This document shows positions 10,217 through 20,024 of a stretch of DNA of 55,069 nucleotides, in pieces. Source of the stretch: an uncultured virus (IMG/VR IMGVR_UViG_2049941000_000050) (lineage: Duplodnaviria > Heunggongvirae > Uroviricota > Caudoviricetes); the IMG/VR virus record IMGVR_UViG_2049941000_000050. One strand, 5' to 3'. A program made the translations under genes and the position numbers. The notes under the pieces are model-generated. The model searched no databases and was not told where the DNA came from. It was given only the letters and a program-made list of their open reading frames with translations. How positions within the stretch are numbered: the first letter of the stretch is position 1; the number at the start of each line of letters is the position of its first letter.

Positions 10217-13200
10217 TCAATCTCCGTAGTCGATTACCGTCTGACCCGGGAAAATCTCCTCGGCGGAATCGACGTAAACCGTCGATTTCCCGTCGCTCCG
10301 GAACGTTATCTCGGTTCCGTTCACGGTACCGCTCGATTCCGTGTCCCAAACCGCGTACAGAACTATCCGGTCCGTGTTGGTGTAAACATCGGTCAAGAAC
10401 GTGGCGATTCCGGAATCGCCAAACTCCGCGACTCCGCCAATATCCGTTTTTTGCGTCGACCAACCGGCAAAAGCGAGACCCTTTCTCGAGAAAAGACTCT
10501 TGTTCAGCGTTATCGGGACGTCCATCAGAACTTTCTGTTCGGGCATAACCCCGGAACCCCCGTTCGCGTCGAAAACTATGGTTATGTACCTGGAGTCCTG
10601 GATATTCTCCCCGATGTACGTTATCTTTATCGACTGCTCGTCGGTTCCGAAACAGTAGAAACTGAACACGTTCTGTTTTTTCTCATCGTCGTGCGAATAC
10701 GGTCCGACAAGTGAGGGCGTTATGAGCGAGTTGAAAACCCCGTTCAGGTTTGAATCGGTTTCCGAAATATTTTCCTTATAAACCTTGAGCGGCAACGAAC
10801 ACCCGTTTATTTCCACGCCGAGATATTTCTGAATGTCGAACACGCTCGCGTTCAGCGTCACGGTTAACGCCGTGAAGTGGCTCCGGATGTCCGAATTCTG
10901 AATTCTTTTATCCTACTCGATGAGCGGGTTGTTCTCGAGATTTCTTCTCGACCTTTGCCTTTCGGAAAACTCGGTGTCTATTCCCGGCGCACCGTAAACC
11001 CCATTGAGATAATAGGTGAAGGTCGTGGGAATGTGGATGTAAAGCTCGTGAATGCCGCACCCGTAAGTTTTCAGAATGTACTCCGCCTCGACGTTTTTAA
11101 ATTCGCCGACGAAATTACTGACGTTGGCATTCAGCGAGCCGGAAGAGTTGTCCCCGAACTCTATGTCGTAGACCAAATCGTTGCGGACGTAAAACTCTTT
11201 TTGGTTGTCGGATTTTTCTACCTCGGTCCAGTTCTTATCGAGGGTCTCGAGGTCCACCGAAAGGGTTTTCTCGTTTAGAACCGTCATCGGGTCGGCGGAA
11301 AGATGGTATTCGCTAAGATGCTTTTCCAAATCGACCTGGTAACAGGTGTCGAGCGAGCCCGAAAGCTCGGAAACGAACTTCCTCATCTCGAAATCGCTTC
11401 TGGTGTCAAAATCGTTGATTAGCTCGTATGAGTACTCGGTCTTAAACAGCCCGGAATCCGTCGCGACGTAATATTCCGTGCGGTTCCTTATGTTGACGTC
11501 GTTTATCGTGTCGTTTTCGAAGGAGAGGAGCTGTTCCCACGAACCCAAATCACCCGAAGCTCTGAGGGTTCCGCCGTCGGAAGCCACAAAAGTCTCCCCG
11601 GGATTGCCGTATTCATGCCGTGTGAGGGTTTTCGCGTCCCCGAAGAACGGGACAGTGTCAAAAATCCCGTTCTCGTACTTGGTTAAACCCTCTTTTCCGT
11701 TTATGAGCCAAAAACCGCTGTCGGACTGGACTGCGCCGTAGACCGGTGAGGTTTTTTTATCGCTTGCGACCTTGAAAAGGTTTATAACCGCGTATCTGTC
11801 AAACGTTTCGATTTTATCCTCGGAAAACACGGCTTTTTTTCCTCCGACGCCGTAGGCGAGGAACATATCGTCGTCCAACCCGACGGAAAGCTCGGTTCTC
11901 TGTCCGTTTTCGTCCAGAAAATACTTTTTTTGGGGGTTTTCCTCGGTCACTAAAACGAGGTCGGTGCCCTGAATCGGGACTATGTTGGTACAACGGTCCT
12001 GGGAATACGTTTCCGAACCGTCCGGATTGCCGAGATAACGGTATTCGCCGTTTTTGTAAACGAAACACACCGAATTGGAGGTTTTTCTGACGTTTTCCGG
12101 TTCGCTTCCTGAAATTTTGGGTATCGGGGAGGCGTAATAGAACCGAAGCGGTCTGGTTTCGGCGTAAACCGCCAGGAAGGCGCGGTTTTCGATTGTCGCC
12201 ACGGTCGATGTTTTACCGTTTATCCGGACTTCCTGCAAACTGTCGGCGTAAACCCCGTCCGGAGCCACCGAAACCCACTCGCCGTTCCACCGGTAGGAGT
12301 AAAATTCATCCTAACCGTTCTCTTCCGCGCCTTTTACTATGACCGTTTCGCCGATTTTTTGCAGTCCGGAAACGATTTTCTGCTTATTTCCACCCAAATC
12401 GAGGAAAATGGACGAAAAACCGTTCTAATTGACGAATATTTCCCCGTCCTATTTCTGAAAACATACACCGAAATTGGTTTGAAACGCCTTTACCGCGTCA
12501 TAATCGCAATACGCCAGTTTGGAAATGGTCTTTTCCCCGTCCAGACTATCGTTTATGTAGCAACCCCGTCCGGTTATGACCACCGTTCCCGAGTAATCGT
12601 CGCCGGTTTTCAGGTATTCCCGTATCGTTAGGTCGTATGGTCTCTGTCTGAAGGCGTAATTTATGTCCGGAAGAGAAATTGTCTGGTAGGTCCCGCGGTT
12701 CGAGAGGAGGGTTTGGCGGTCGGAAGCCCCCCAGTAGAAAACCGCGTTGTCGGTGTTGATGTAAAACACCCCCTCATACTGGGAATACGAGATTCTAACG
12801 TCGTCCGAGTTATCAACGATGCCCTGTTGGGGCGTAATATTGACCGAGGACGAAGTTCTCACCGCCAAAAGCCTGTTGAAATCCAGATTTTCGGTCGGAT
12901 TTCCGTTGTAAAGGTAGTATTTTGTATGCCCGGCGGGCTTTCTTATTCTGAAAAACAGCGTTCCGAGAACCGACCTCACCCTATCGGCTTCGTAATTGAC
13001 ATAATTAAACAGTTGGCTTCCGTCGGCTATGAAAACCTTCCCGTCTGAGGAATAACAGACATATTCTCCCCATTTGCAGACGCCATCAACTGGTTTTCCG
13101 TTGTTATTAACCGCCTCTCTATTTTCAAAGCTCACATATCCGCCAGAAACATTTATGTGGTGCTTCCATAAGCCGGAAACGGTGCAGTTGTAGAGATAAC

Positions 13201-15211
13201 CGTCGATTATTTCCGCGTATTGGGAATTTCCGTCTTCCGAAAACTCCACCTAGCCCTGCTGAAGCGACGAACCTTTTACCAAAAGGGGTTTGTCCTTCCT
13301 AATAGCAAGCATAATCCCGTAGTTATCGCTGTAAGAAACGCTCTCAACGTTGTCAAAATCTTCGTTGTCGACCAGTTTGGTGCCGTATTCTTCCTTAAAA
13401 TACTGCAACACGGTGCTATTCTTGGTCTTTATGCCTAAAAAATCGGAATATCCGTAAATCCCGTCCGCCTTGGCGGCGACCCCGATATCCAAAACCCTCG
13501 GGTTGGAGTCGATATTCTGCCCCTCCTGGAACGAAAAGCAGTAAACCCGACCCTAATCGGTCATTATAAAGACGAAATTCTCGGTTTTTGCCATTCCAAT
13601 AAGCTTTTCCCCGCCCTGGAAACCGGTAAAGTCCCCGAAAACCTTCAAATAGTCGGATTTTTCGGGGTCCCCGTTCAAAACCGTCGCCTTTTTCTCGGTC
13701 AGAACCAGAATCTCCCCCCTAAAGGGGAAAGAATCCAGTATTTTCCTCGACCCGACGCTGTATTTCTTGTTTTTGCTCAAATCGTAGAGATAACCCCGCG
13801 TCTGGACAACCATGTTGCCGTAGTTGTCGAAAATTTTCTCGATTTTGTCCGGGATAACGCTTTCCACGCGGGAAATCGGGTCAAAATCGGAGATAAACGG
13901 GGTCTTTTCGGACTCTTTCTGAACAAAAACCGCCGAATAAGCCGAAGTTTCCGTGACATAGTACAGTTTGTTCCCGACAACCGCCAAATCGCGGATATTG
14001 TTGTCGGAAAGCACCTTGGAAAGCGAAAAAACGTCGTCAAGTACGTATATCTCGGTCTCGCTGGCGAGGAAAAGGTACGTCCTGCCGTTTAAAACGGTCG
14101 AGTCCATACTCTTGACCGTGAAATTTTCCGGCAATTTGTCGAAATGTTTGCAAATCTGGTTTCCGAGAAGCTTGTAAACGCCGTTATCGCACCCGAAATA
14201 GGCGCAATCGGCGTAAGTCCCGCAGTTGGCGGAGATTTTCTCGCCCCGGACCACCTTTTTGGGGTCGGAATAATCGAAATCGGTAACGTAAACGTCAGTT
14301 TCGGGCTCGTTCAGTCGGGGTCTGGCGACGATTACCACGGTATCGTCCCCGGAAACCTGGAATCTTGGGAACTGACCGTTTAAAACCGTCCTGTAATTGT
14401 CGTATTCCCAGCCTTTTCTTCTGAGAAACACGCCTTTGGAGGTGAAAGCCGCGACATCGTTACCCATCGGCATGATTTTGAATACCTTAGCCTCCGCGTC
14501 GTCGCCCACGTCCGACAGTTTAAGCGGAACATACTTGAAAATCCCACTATGGTCCGAATAACCGTCGTAATCTGCCTCGAAAACGCCCGTCCTGGTTCCG
14601 GAAAAGAGGGTTTTTGTGTTTTTTTCGAAGTGTACGGCGAAATATTCGCCCGAACCGCCGATTTTTTTGGCTGAAATCCCGTCCCCCTCGAAAAACGTGC
14701 GGTAAATCCCGTCTTTCGTCGCGAAAAACGCGGTTTCCCCCTGAATTTCGTAGGAATTCGCGCCGCAGTCTATGAAAACCGTCTTATTCCCGTCCCGGTC
14801 GACCCTTATCACGGAATTTTCCGTCCCCACGAATAGGGAATCCCTGAAAAACGCCGAAAAGACGACCTTCTGACCGGAAACTACCTCCCTCACTTCGGTT
14901 CCGAAGGGGTTTTCCTTCTTCCTGTATACCCTGAAGTCGGTTCCGTCGTCCCTCATGACCTTGAAACCGTCCGGAGCGTTGGATATTTCCGAATCCGAGG
15001 CGGATTTTGGACCGATAACCGTTCCCGCGTAGTCCCTAATCGCGTTCTCGACATACAAATCGTTATCCAACAGCTGTTTTAACGAGTTGTTTATGTTGGA
15101 AAAGTTGACGTTCTGGCTAAAATTGTACGAGATGTTGTCCCCGTAGCGATATGGAAGTCCGGAATACCGTCTGGTTTCGAGGATTTTGTTCTTCTGTCTT
15201 ACGTTGTTCAT
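10217..15211 (-). CDS. Large adhesin-like virion protein (1664 aa, six TAGs): beta-propeller-like repeats plus C-terminal InlB B-repeat (Flg_new-like)
   Basis: Five track ORFs are in one frame across TAGs at 13553, 13250, 12449, 12425, 12311 and 10913. Repeated (L/F)FxxTxxG(I/V)(Y/F) motifs; TIVFDANGGSGVMPEQ...FSRKGLAFAGWST...LYAVW; TGA stop. Confidence 0.75.
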
Positions 15212-16353
15212 ACCCTAGACCTCCCGACCAGCTTACAATGGAACGAGTTGGAGACCAATCCGCTTCCCGATACCCCCTAGGTGCCGGGTTTCGGGTAGGT
15301 AACGCACACCGCCGTGAGCATTTTCGACGACTTGTTTATAAAAACAATCGAGTTGGAGCCGGGATTAATCGACTTTTGGGAGACATCCCTATCCTGTGAG
15401 AGCACGTCGGAGCAGAAAACCATGTAGTTGTTGTCCCTGAAAATGAACTTCTGGTTGTCAAGCAGGTGCAGGTCGGCGTGGTAGACGTTGACAAAGGGCA
15501 TCCTGTTGGTCTGTCTTGACGGGCCGAGCTCGATTTCCCCGGAAGACTGGGCGTTGAATATCTGATAGTCGTTCGGGGTTTGGAAATACTGCTCGTTGTT
15601 ATTGTAGTCCACGTTCTGTTTGGAAAAAGTGCTCGTGTTTCTTACGTTAACCGAGTTCGCCTTAAGAATATTGGATGATGCGCCGTCGACGGATTCTGTT
15701 CCGGTGTAGGAAAGCCTGAAAATTATGTCGTATTCCAACAGTCCGTTATCGTATCTTCTAGCAAATCCGCCGAGAATCGAGTCATCCTGCGGAAGAAACT
15801 TGGTTTCGTACGGGAAAAGGTGTTTTTTTCTCGACTGGTCGCGGTTTGAGAGGTCCGTTCTGAGAATTTTTTTGTCTATGGTGGACAAATCCATTCTCCC
15901 GTACCGGTGTTCCGCGCTCTGACAATGACCGATAAGCATCGCGTTTATCTGACGCTTAATCATATTCTCGATTCCGAGCTCCACCAGCGAAACGTACCTG
16001 TTCTGGTTACTCCACCCGGACTGATTGAGTTCCGAATCGTCTGGCTTCCCATCGGAAAGAAGAACGATTTTCGGTCGGTTGTAGTTCCGGTCCTCGATTG
16101 ACCTGAGAAGGTAGAGGCTGTCGTTATTCTCCCCGTCGTACCAGACAAGGTCTCCGTAAGCGTACGCGGTCCCGTCAACCCACTGCTTTATGTTGAAACT
16201 GCCGAGAACCTCTCTCGCCACCTTGTCCAGCAGTGTGTCGTTCTATAACAATTTAACCAGATTCCGGTTAATCTGGTGGGTGTACATTATCTCGTTGGGC
16301 GACACCTCAAGGTTGGAGACGTTCTACAAAAAACTTTTCGGACTGGAACTCAT
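15208..16353 (-). CDS. Putative tail fibre protein with CBM5/12-like motif (381 aa, three TAGs)
   Basis: ATG 16353 follows GTAAATA; TAGs at 16324, 16243 and 15277; TGA overlaps the next ATG. INRNLVKLL*ND; QWVDGTAYAYGDLVWYDG; RRYDNGLLEY. Confidence 0.68.
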
Positions 16354-16362
16354 ACTGATAGA

Positions 16363-16369
16363 TATTTAC
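16363..16369 (-). promoter_or_regulatory. Putative late promoter GTAAATA
   Basis: Intergenic CCGTAAATATC, identical to the gp6 copy; 9 nt upstream of ATG 16353. Confidence 0.65.
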
Positions 16370-16381
16370 GGCTGGGGAACC

Positions 16382-17587
16382 TCACGGAAAGCGTTTGGAA
16401 ACGTTCACCGTAAAGCCGGAGGCGTAGTATGAGTAGTATCCGCAGTCGCCGTTTATAATAAAGGAAAACGACCCGTTGGTCATCGAAAACACTTCTTTTG
16501 TGTTATAGAGACCGTAAGCCTCGTTTATGTTCTGGTACGGTCCCCCGCTATCGTCGCAAAGCGGCGAAAGGCTGAGAAAATACCTAGGGTTATTCCCGAG
16601 CTCGCTGTCCGAGTCGTACGGGACAATTCCCTCCCCGAAGTCAATCTGGTTGTCGACGAAATGGAAATTCTCGAGGGAGTCGGATTGGAAATCGTAAACC
16701 GGGGACACGAGGTTGTTGTCGTAAAGCCAGTCGAACCGCAAGGTGTATATTTTCCCGGAGGTTTCGCCGTAAGATACGGAATCGTTTCCGAAAGGGTTGA
16801 TTGCGTCTATCACCCCGCCGTGCTCGAGATACCCGCTGGACCAGATTCTGAACCACCGTACGGATTTCCCCGCCCCCTGGACCAAAACAAAGCGTTTAAC
16901 TTTGTCAAAACCCTCCATCTGCTTGACGGACGGCTTGTTGTAACGCTGGTTGAGCGACGAGTTGGAGAAATCCGCCAGCATGTACTTCGAAATGTCGAAA
17001 CCCTCGGACGTTTCCGGGTGGTACGTTTTCAGATGCGTGCGGAACTGCTCGTCAGTCAGGTCCTGAAACTGCCCGACTATCTCCTCTCTCAATTTATCGT
17101 CGTCCCTGAGAACGAAGAAATCCTCCCACGAGTCGTTGTCTATCGGGAAAGTCTTGACCCCGCCGGGAATCTCTACCTTACAAACCCTTATCTGCGCCGG
17201 GAGGTTTATGTCCCCGAGCCAGTAAAGCTCCCCGGACGAAACTACACCCTTGAAAAGCTCCATCAGCTTGGACTGGTCGTTCTGGCACCTGAGAACCCGC
17301 TCGCGATAAGCCTGGTTGTTCACGAGGTAGTTAAAAATCGAACTTTTGTTTTTCGACACAAAGTCGTCCACGGTCTCGGTGTTCACCCAAACCGCGTCGC
17401 CTTTTTTATACCCCTCCACAGTGGGGTCGTTAAACCATTTCGCCTCCCAAACGTACGGTATCCCGTACGAGTCGGGGAGGATGCTGTTGTCGTTGGCGAC
17501 CAGCCTCTGGAAAATTTTGTTCAGAAGAACCGTGGATACCTTCGAACCCAATGTTACGTCCGATTCTGACGGATACGGGATTGACAT
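16382..17587 (-). CDS. Putative tail fibre protein (401 aa)
   Basis: LNKIFQRLVAND N-terminal motif; W...GYKKGDAVW; C-terminal WFRIWSSGYLEHGG motif typical of phage fibre C-terminal domains. Confidence 0.68.
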   Translation of the reverse strand: MSIPYPSESDVTLGSKVSTVLLNKIFQRLVANDNSILPDSYGIPYVWEAKWFNDPTVEGYKKGDAVWVNTETVDDFVSKNKSSIFNYLVNNQAYRERVLRCQNDQSKLMELFKGVVSSGELYWLGDINLPAQIRVCKVEIPGGVKTFPIDNDSWEDFFVLRDDDKLREEIVGQFQDLTDEQFRTHLKTYHPETSEGFDISKYMLADFSNSSLNQRYNKPSVKQMEGFDKVKRFVLVQGAGKSVRWFRIWSSGYLEHGGVIDAINPFGNDSVSYGETSGKIYTLRFDWLYDNNLVSPVYDFQSDSLENFHFVDNQIDFGEGIVPYDSDSELGNNPRYFLSLSPLCDDSGGPYQNINEAYGLYNTKEVFSMTNGSFSFIINGDCGYYSYYASGFTVNVSKRFP

Positions 17588-17597
17588 TACTGCTACC

Positions 17598-19037
17598 TCA
17601 TTTGTCGAAATAAACGTCGAAGAACTGCGTGTTCACCGGACAGATGTTCTCCGCTATGGTCTTTATCGCGTTTTTCACCTCGGCGTACACCGTGTCGTAC
17701 AAAACCGTCCCGTTCTCGTCGGCGACATCCTTCAGCCCGTTGACCATCTTGTTCTCCACGTTTATCGAGAACAGGTTGGACTTGTGCTTGCAGGCGGTCT
17801 GGAAATTGTTCGGGATGAAGGACTCTATTTTCTGGAACGGGTATTTCTTTCCTCCTTCGTCGGTTTCCATCCTAATTTTTTCGGGAACCCCACTCTCGGA
17901 GGAAACCTGAGAATAGACGGCGTTGTCGAAATACTTCAGGTAAATCTCGTTGCCGTCTGTGTTTATCCCGCAGTATTCCCGACAAAGAATTCCCAGTTTC
18001 CCGTACTCGTTCGCGGAAACCTGCATCGAGTAAAGCGAGTTATAGGAATTTTTCGCCATGTCGATTTGTTGGGCGTAAATGTCCCCGGTGTCGTAAACGC
18101 TGTCGTAATCCGTCTGGTCAACGGCGAGAACATAGTTGTGCCTTATCCCCCCGAGGCTTCTCTTCGGCGTGAAAAAGCTTGTTACCTGTCCGGAACCGCT
18201 CAGTTCCTGGTGGAAAGACGACACGCCGTAGTCGTTCAGCGACGAGTAAAGATTAACCCCGATTTCGCCGGAGCTCAGAAAAACCCCGTAATAGTCGTCG
18301 ACCTCCGGATTCATCCTGTCGGAGAGAAGCGTTGTGTTCAGATAATACGGGTATTGGGGGGTTTTTTCGGTGATAACGTAAGCGTCGTTGTTCTTCTGGC
18401 AGAAACCGATGGGATATTCGTGCATGTCCGGGAAATAAATGTCGACGAATTTCCCGAGATACTCCTCGTTTACCGACAGTGTGCGGTTTGTCTGGACTTT
18501 CTGGACGTAACTCTTTATCGCCACGTCCCGTATGTCGTAAATCGGGTATACCGGAAAAGACTCTTCGACATCTTCCGCGATGTTACGGTTTTCTTTGTCA
18601 CCCTCGATTACGAACGTCCCGTTTTTCGCGCACTTCCTAAAATCGGCGCATCTTTCCTCGACAGAAATCTGGTTGGAGCTGAGCTGTAAAAGAATTCTGA
18701 ACGCCGACAGACCGGTTTCGTATCCATACCTTTGGTGCTCGTTGAGGATTATACTGCTAACGTTGTCCTCCTCGGAAAGCGGTTCCGTCGCCTCGGAGTG
18801 GAAATCTCCCGGAACGGGTCTTTTGTCCAAAATCGGATGCTCTTTCTCGATATAATCCGTCGGCAGATAACTCACATCCGCCTGTTCCGTCACTATGTTT
18901 GAGAGTTGGTTCATTTCTCTCGAGAGAATGTACACGGTCCTCTGGCTCCCGTCCATAACCTGCGTATCCATGTTTATGAGGGTGCGCTTTGGACCGGAAG
19001 TCATATAGTTCAGCGAAACTATTTTGTACCTGGACAT
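17598..19037 (-). CDS. Hypothetical baseplate-region protein (479 aa)
   Basis: Long uninterrupted ORF tightly packed between structural genes; TGA stop. Confidence 0.75.
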   Translation of the reverse strand: MSRYKIVSLNYMTSGPKRTLINMDTQVMDGSQRTVYILSREMNQLSNIVTEQADVSYLPTDYIEKEHPILDKRPVPGDFHSEATEPLSEEDNVSSIILNEHQRYGYETGLSAFRILLQLSSNQISVEERCADFRKCAKNGTFVIEGDKENRNIAEDVEESFPVYPIYDIRDVAIKSYVQKVQTNRTLSVNEEYLGKFVDIYFPDMHEYPIGFCQKNNDAYVITEKTPQYPYYLNTTLLSDRMNPEVDDYYGVFLSSGEIGVNLYSSLNDYGVSSFHQELSGSGQVTSFFTPKRSLGGIRHNYVLAVDQTDYDSVYDTGDIYAQQIDMAKNSYNSLYSMQVSANEYGKLGILCREYCGINTDGNEIYLKYFDNAVYSQVSSESGVPEKIRMETDEGGKKYPFQKIESFIPNNFQTACKHKSNLFSINVENKMVNGLKDVADENGTVLYDTVYAEVKNAIKTIAENICPVNTQFFDVYFDK

Positions 19038-19049
19038 CTGTCGGACCCA

Positions 19050-20003
19050 TTAAGCGTTAATCGGATACCTTTTCACGGCTATCGATATGCCCTTTGTGAA
19101 GGCTTTGTCCGCCTGTCCGGCCATATCGACCGAAGCGGGCTTGGCTTTCATTTGCTGGAACAGAAGCGCGGTCAGCCTCCGGACCGGGATGTGTTGGATA
19201 ACCAGCTGGTTTGCCCCGACCGTAAGATAATAGAACGGGTAGAAATTCTCGTCTATGTCCGAAAGTGCCAGCTGTGCGTTTTCCTTCAGCTCTTTTAGGT
19301 TGCTCGACTCGAAGCACGACGTACAAAGTGCCAAAACCCGAATGTACTTCGTGTTAGTGGAAGAGTTGTAAATCCTTATTTCCGCAAGACTGTTATTCTC
19401 GACATAACACAGCCAATTGTTACTGAGGTCGGTGTCTGCCTTCTTGTCCAGCCACCCGTTTTCCTGTGCTATCTCGTCCTCCAGTCCATAAAGCGACGGC
19501 CAGGGCATTCCGTTGTTCATAACCTGGTAGAGCGACGAGTAGTTGACCGCTTTCTGGCTTTTGAGAAGATATTCGCTGGTCGGTGATTCTGGGGTCTGGC
19601 ACAACGGTCCGTTTTGGAACTTAACGCTACCGAAAACCGTCTGCTGGTCGGAAGAATCGGTTTTTAGGTATTTCGCGTTCTGGACCTCGCCGGTGTCGCT
19701 GACTATTCTGCGGTAAAGCTGTTTCGCTCCCGCCCCGGTCACCAGCGCGTCCGCGTTGTCGTCGTCCAGAATCCCGTCTATCGTGTTGACTTTTTTCGCG
19801 CTCTCGAAATCTTCGCCGATTATTCCGAGTTTGTTGACCACGCCGTCCATTAAATCGGCGGAAATGTCCGAATAAGCTATTTTTTCTGACTCGTAGTGGT
19901 CGTTGGATATGTATTTGGTTAGAATCAGTAAATCCTACGGCGACGCTTCAGAAGCTTGCGGCAACTCGCTAACCTTAACTTTATAAACCTGTTCTTCACT
20001 CAT
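19050..20003 (-). CDS. Tail fibre/baseplate-associated protein (317 aa, one TAG)
   Basis: ATG 20003; TAG at 19935. N-terminal KVSELP...DLLILTK...SEKIAYS anchor-like motif; YLKTD..QQTVFGSVKF and KADTDLSN are fibre-type motifs; TAA stop. Confidence 0.7.
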
Positions 20004-20024
20004 CTGTACAAAACTCCAATCGCA

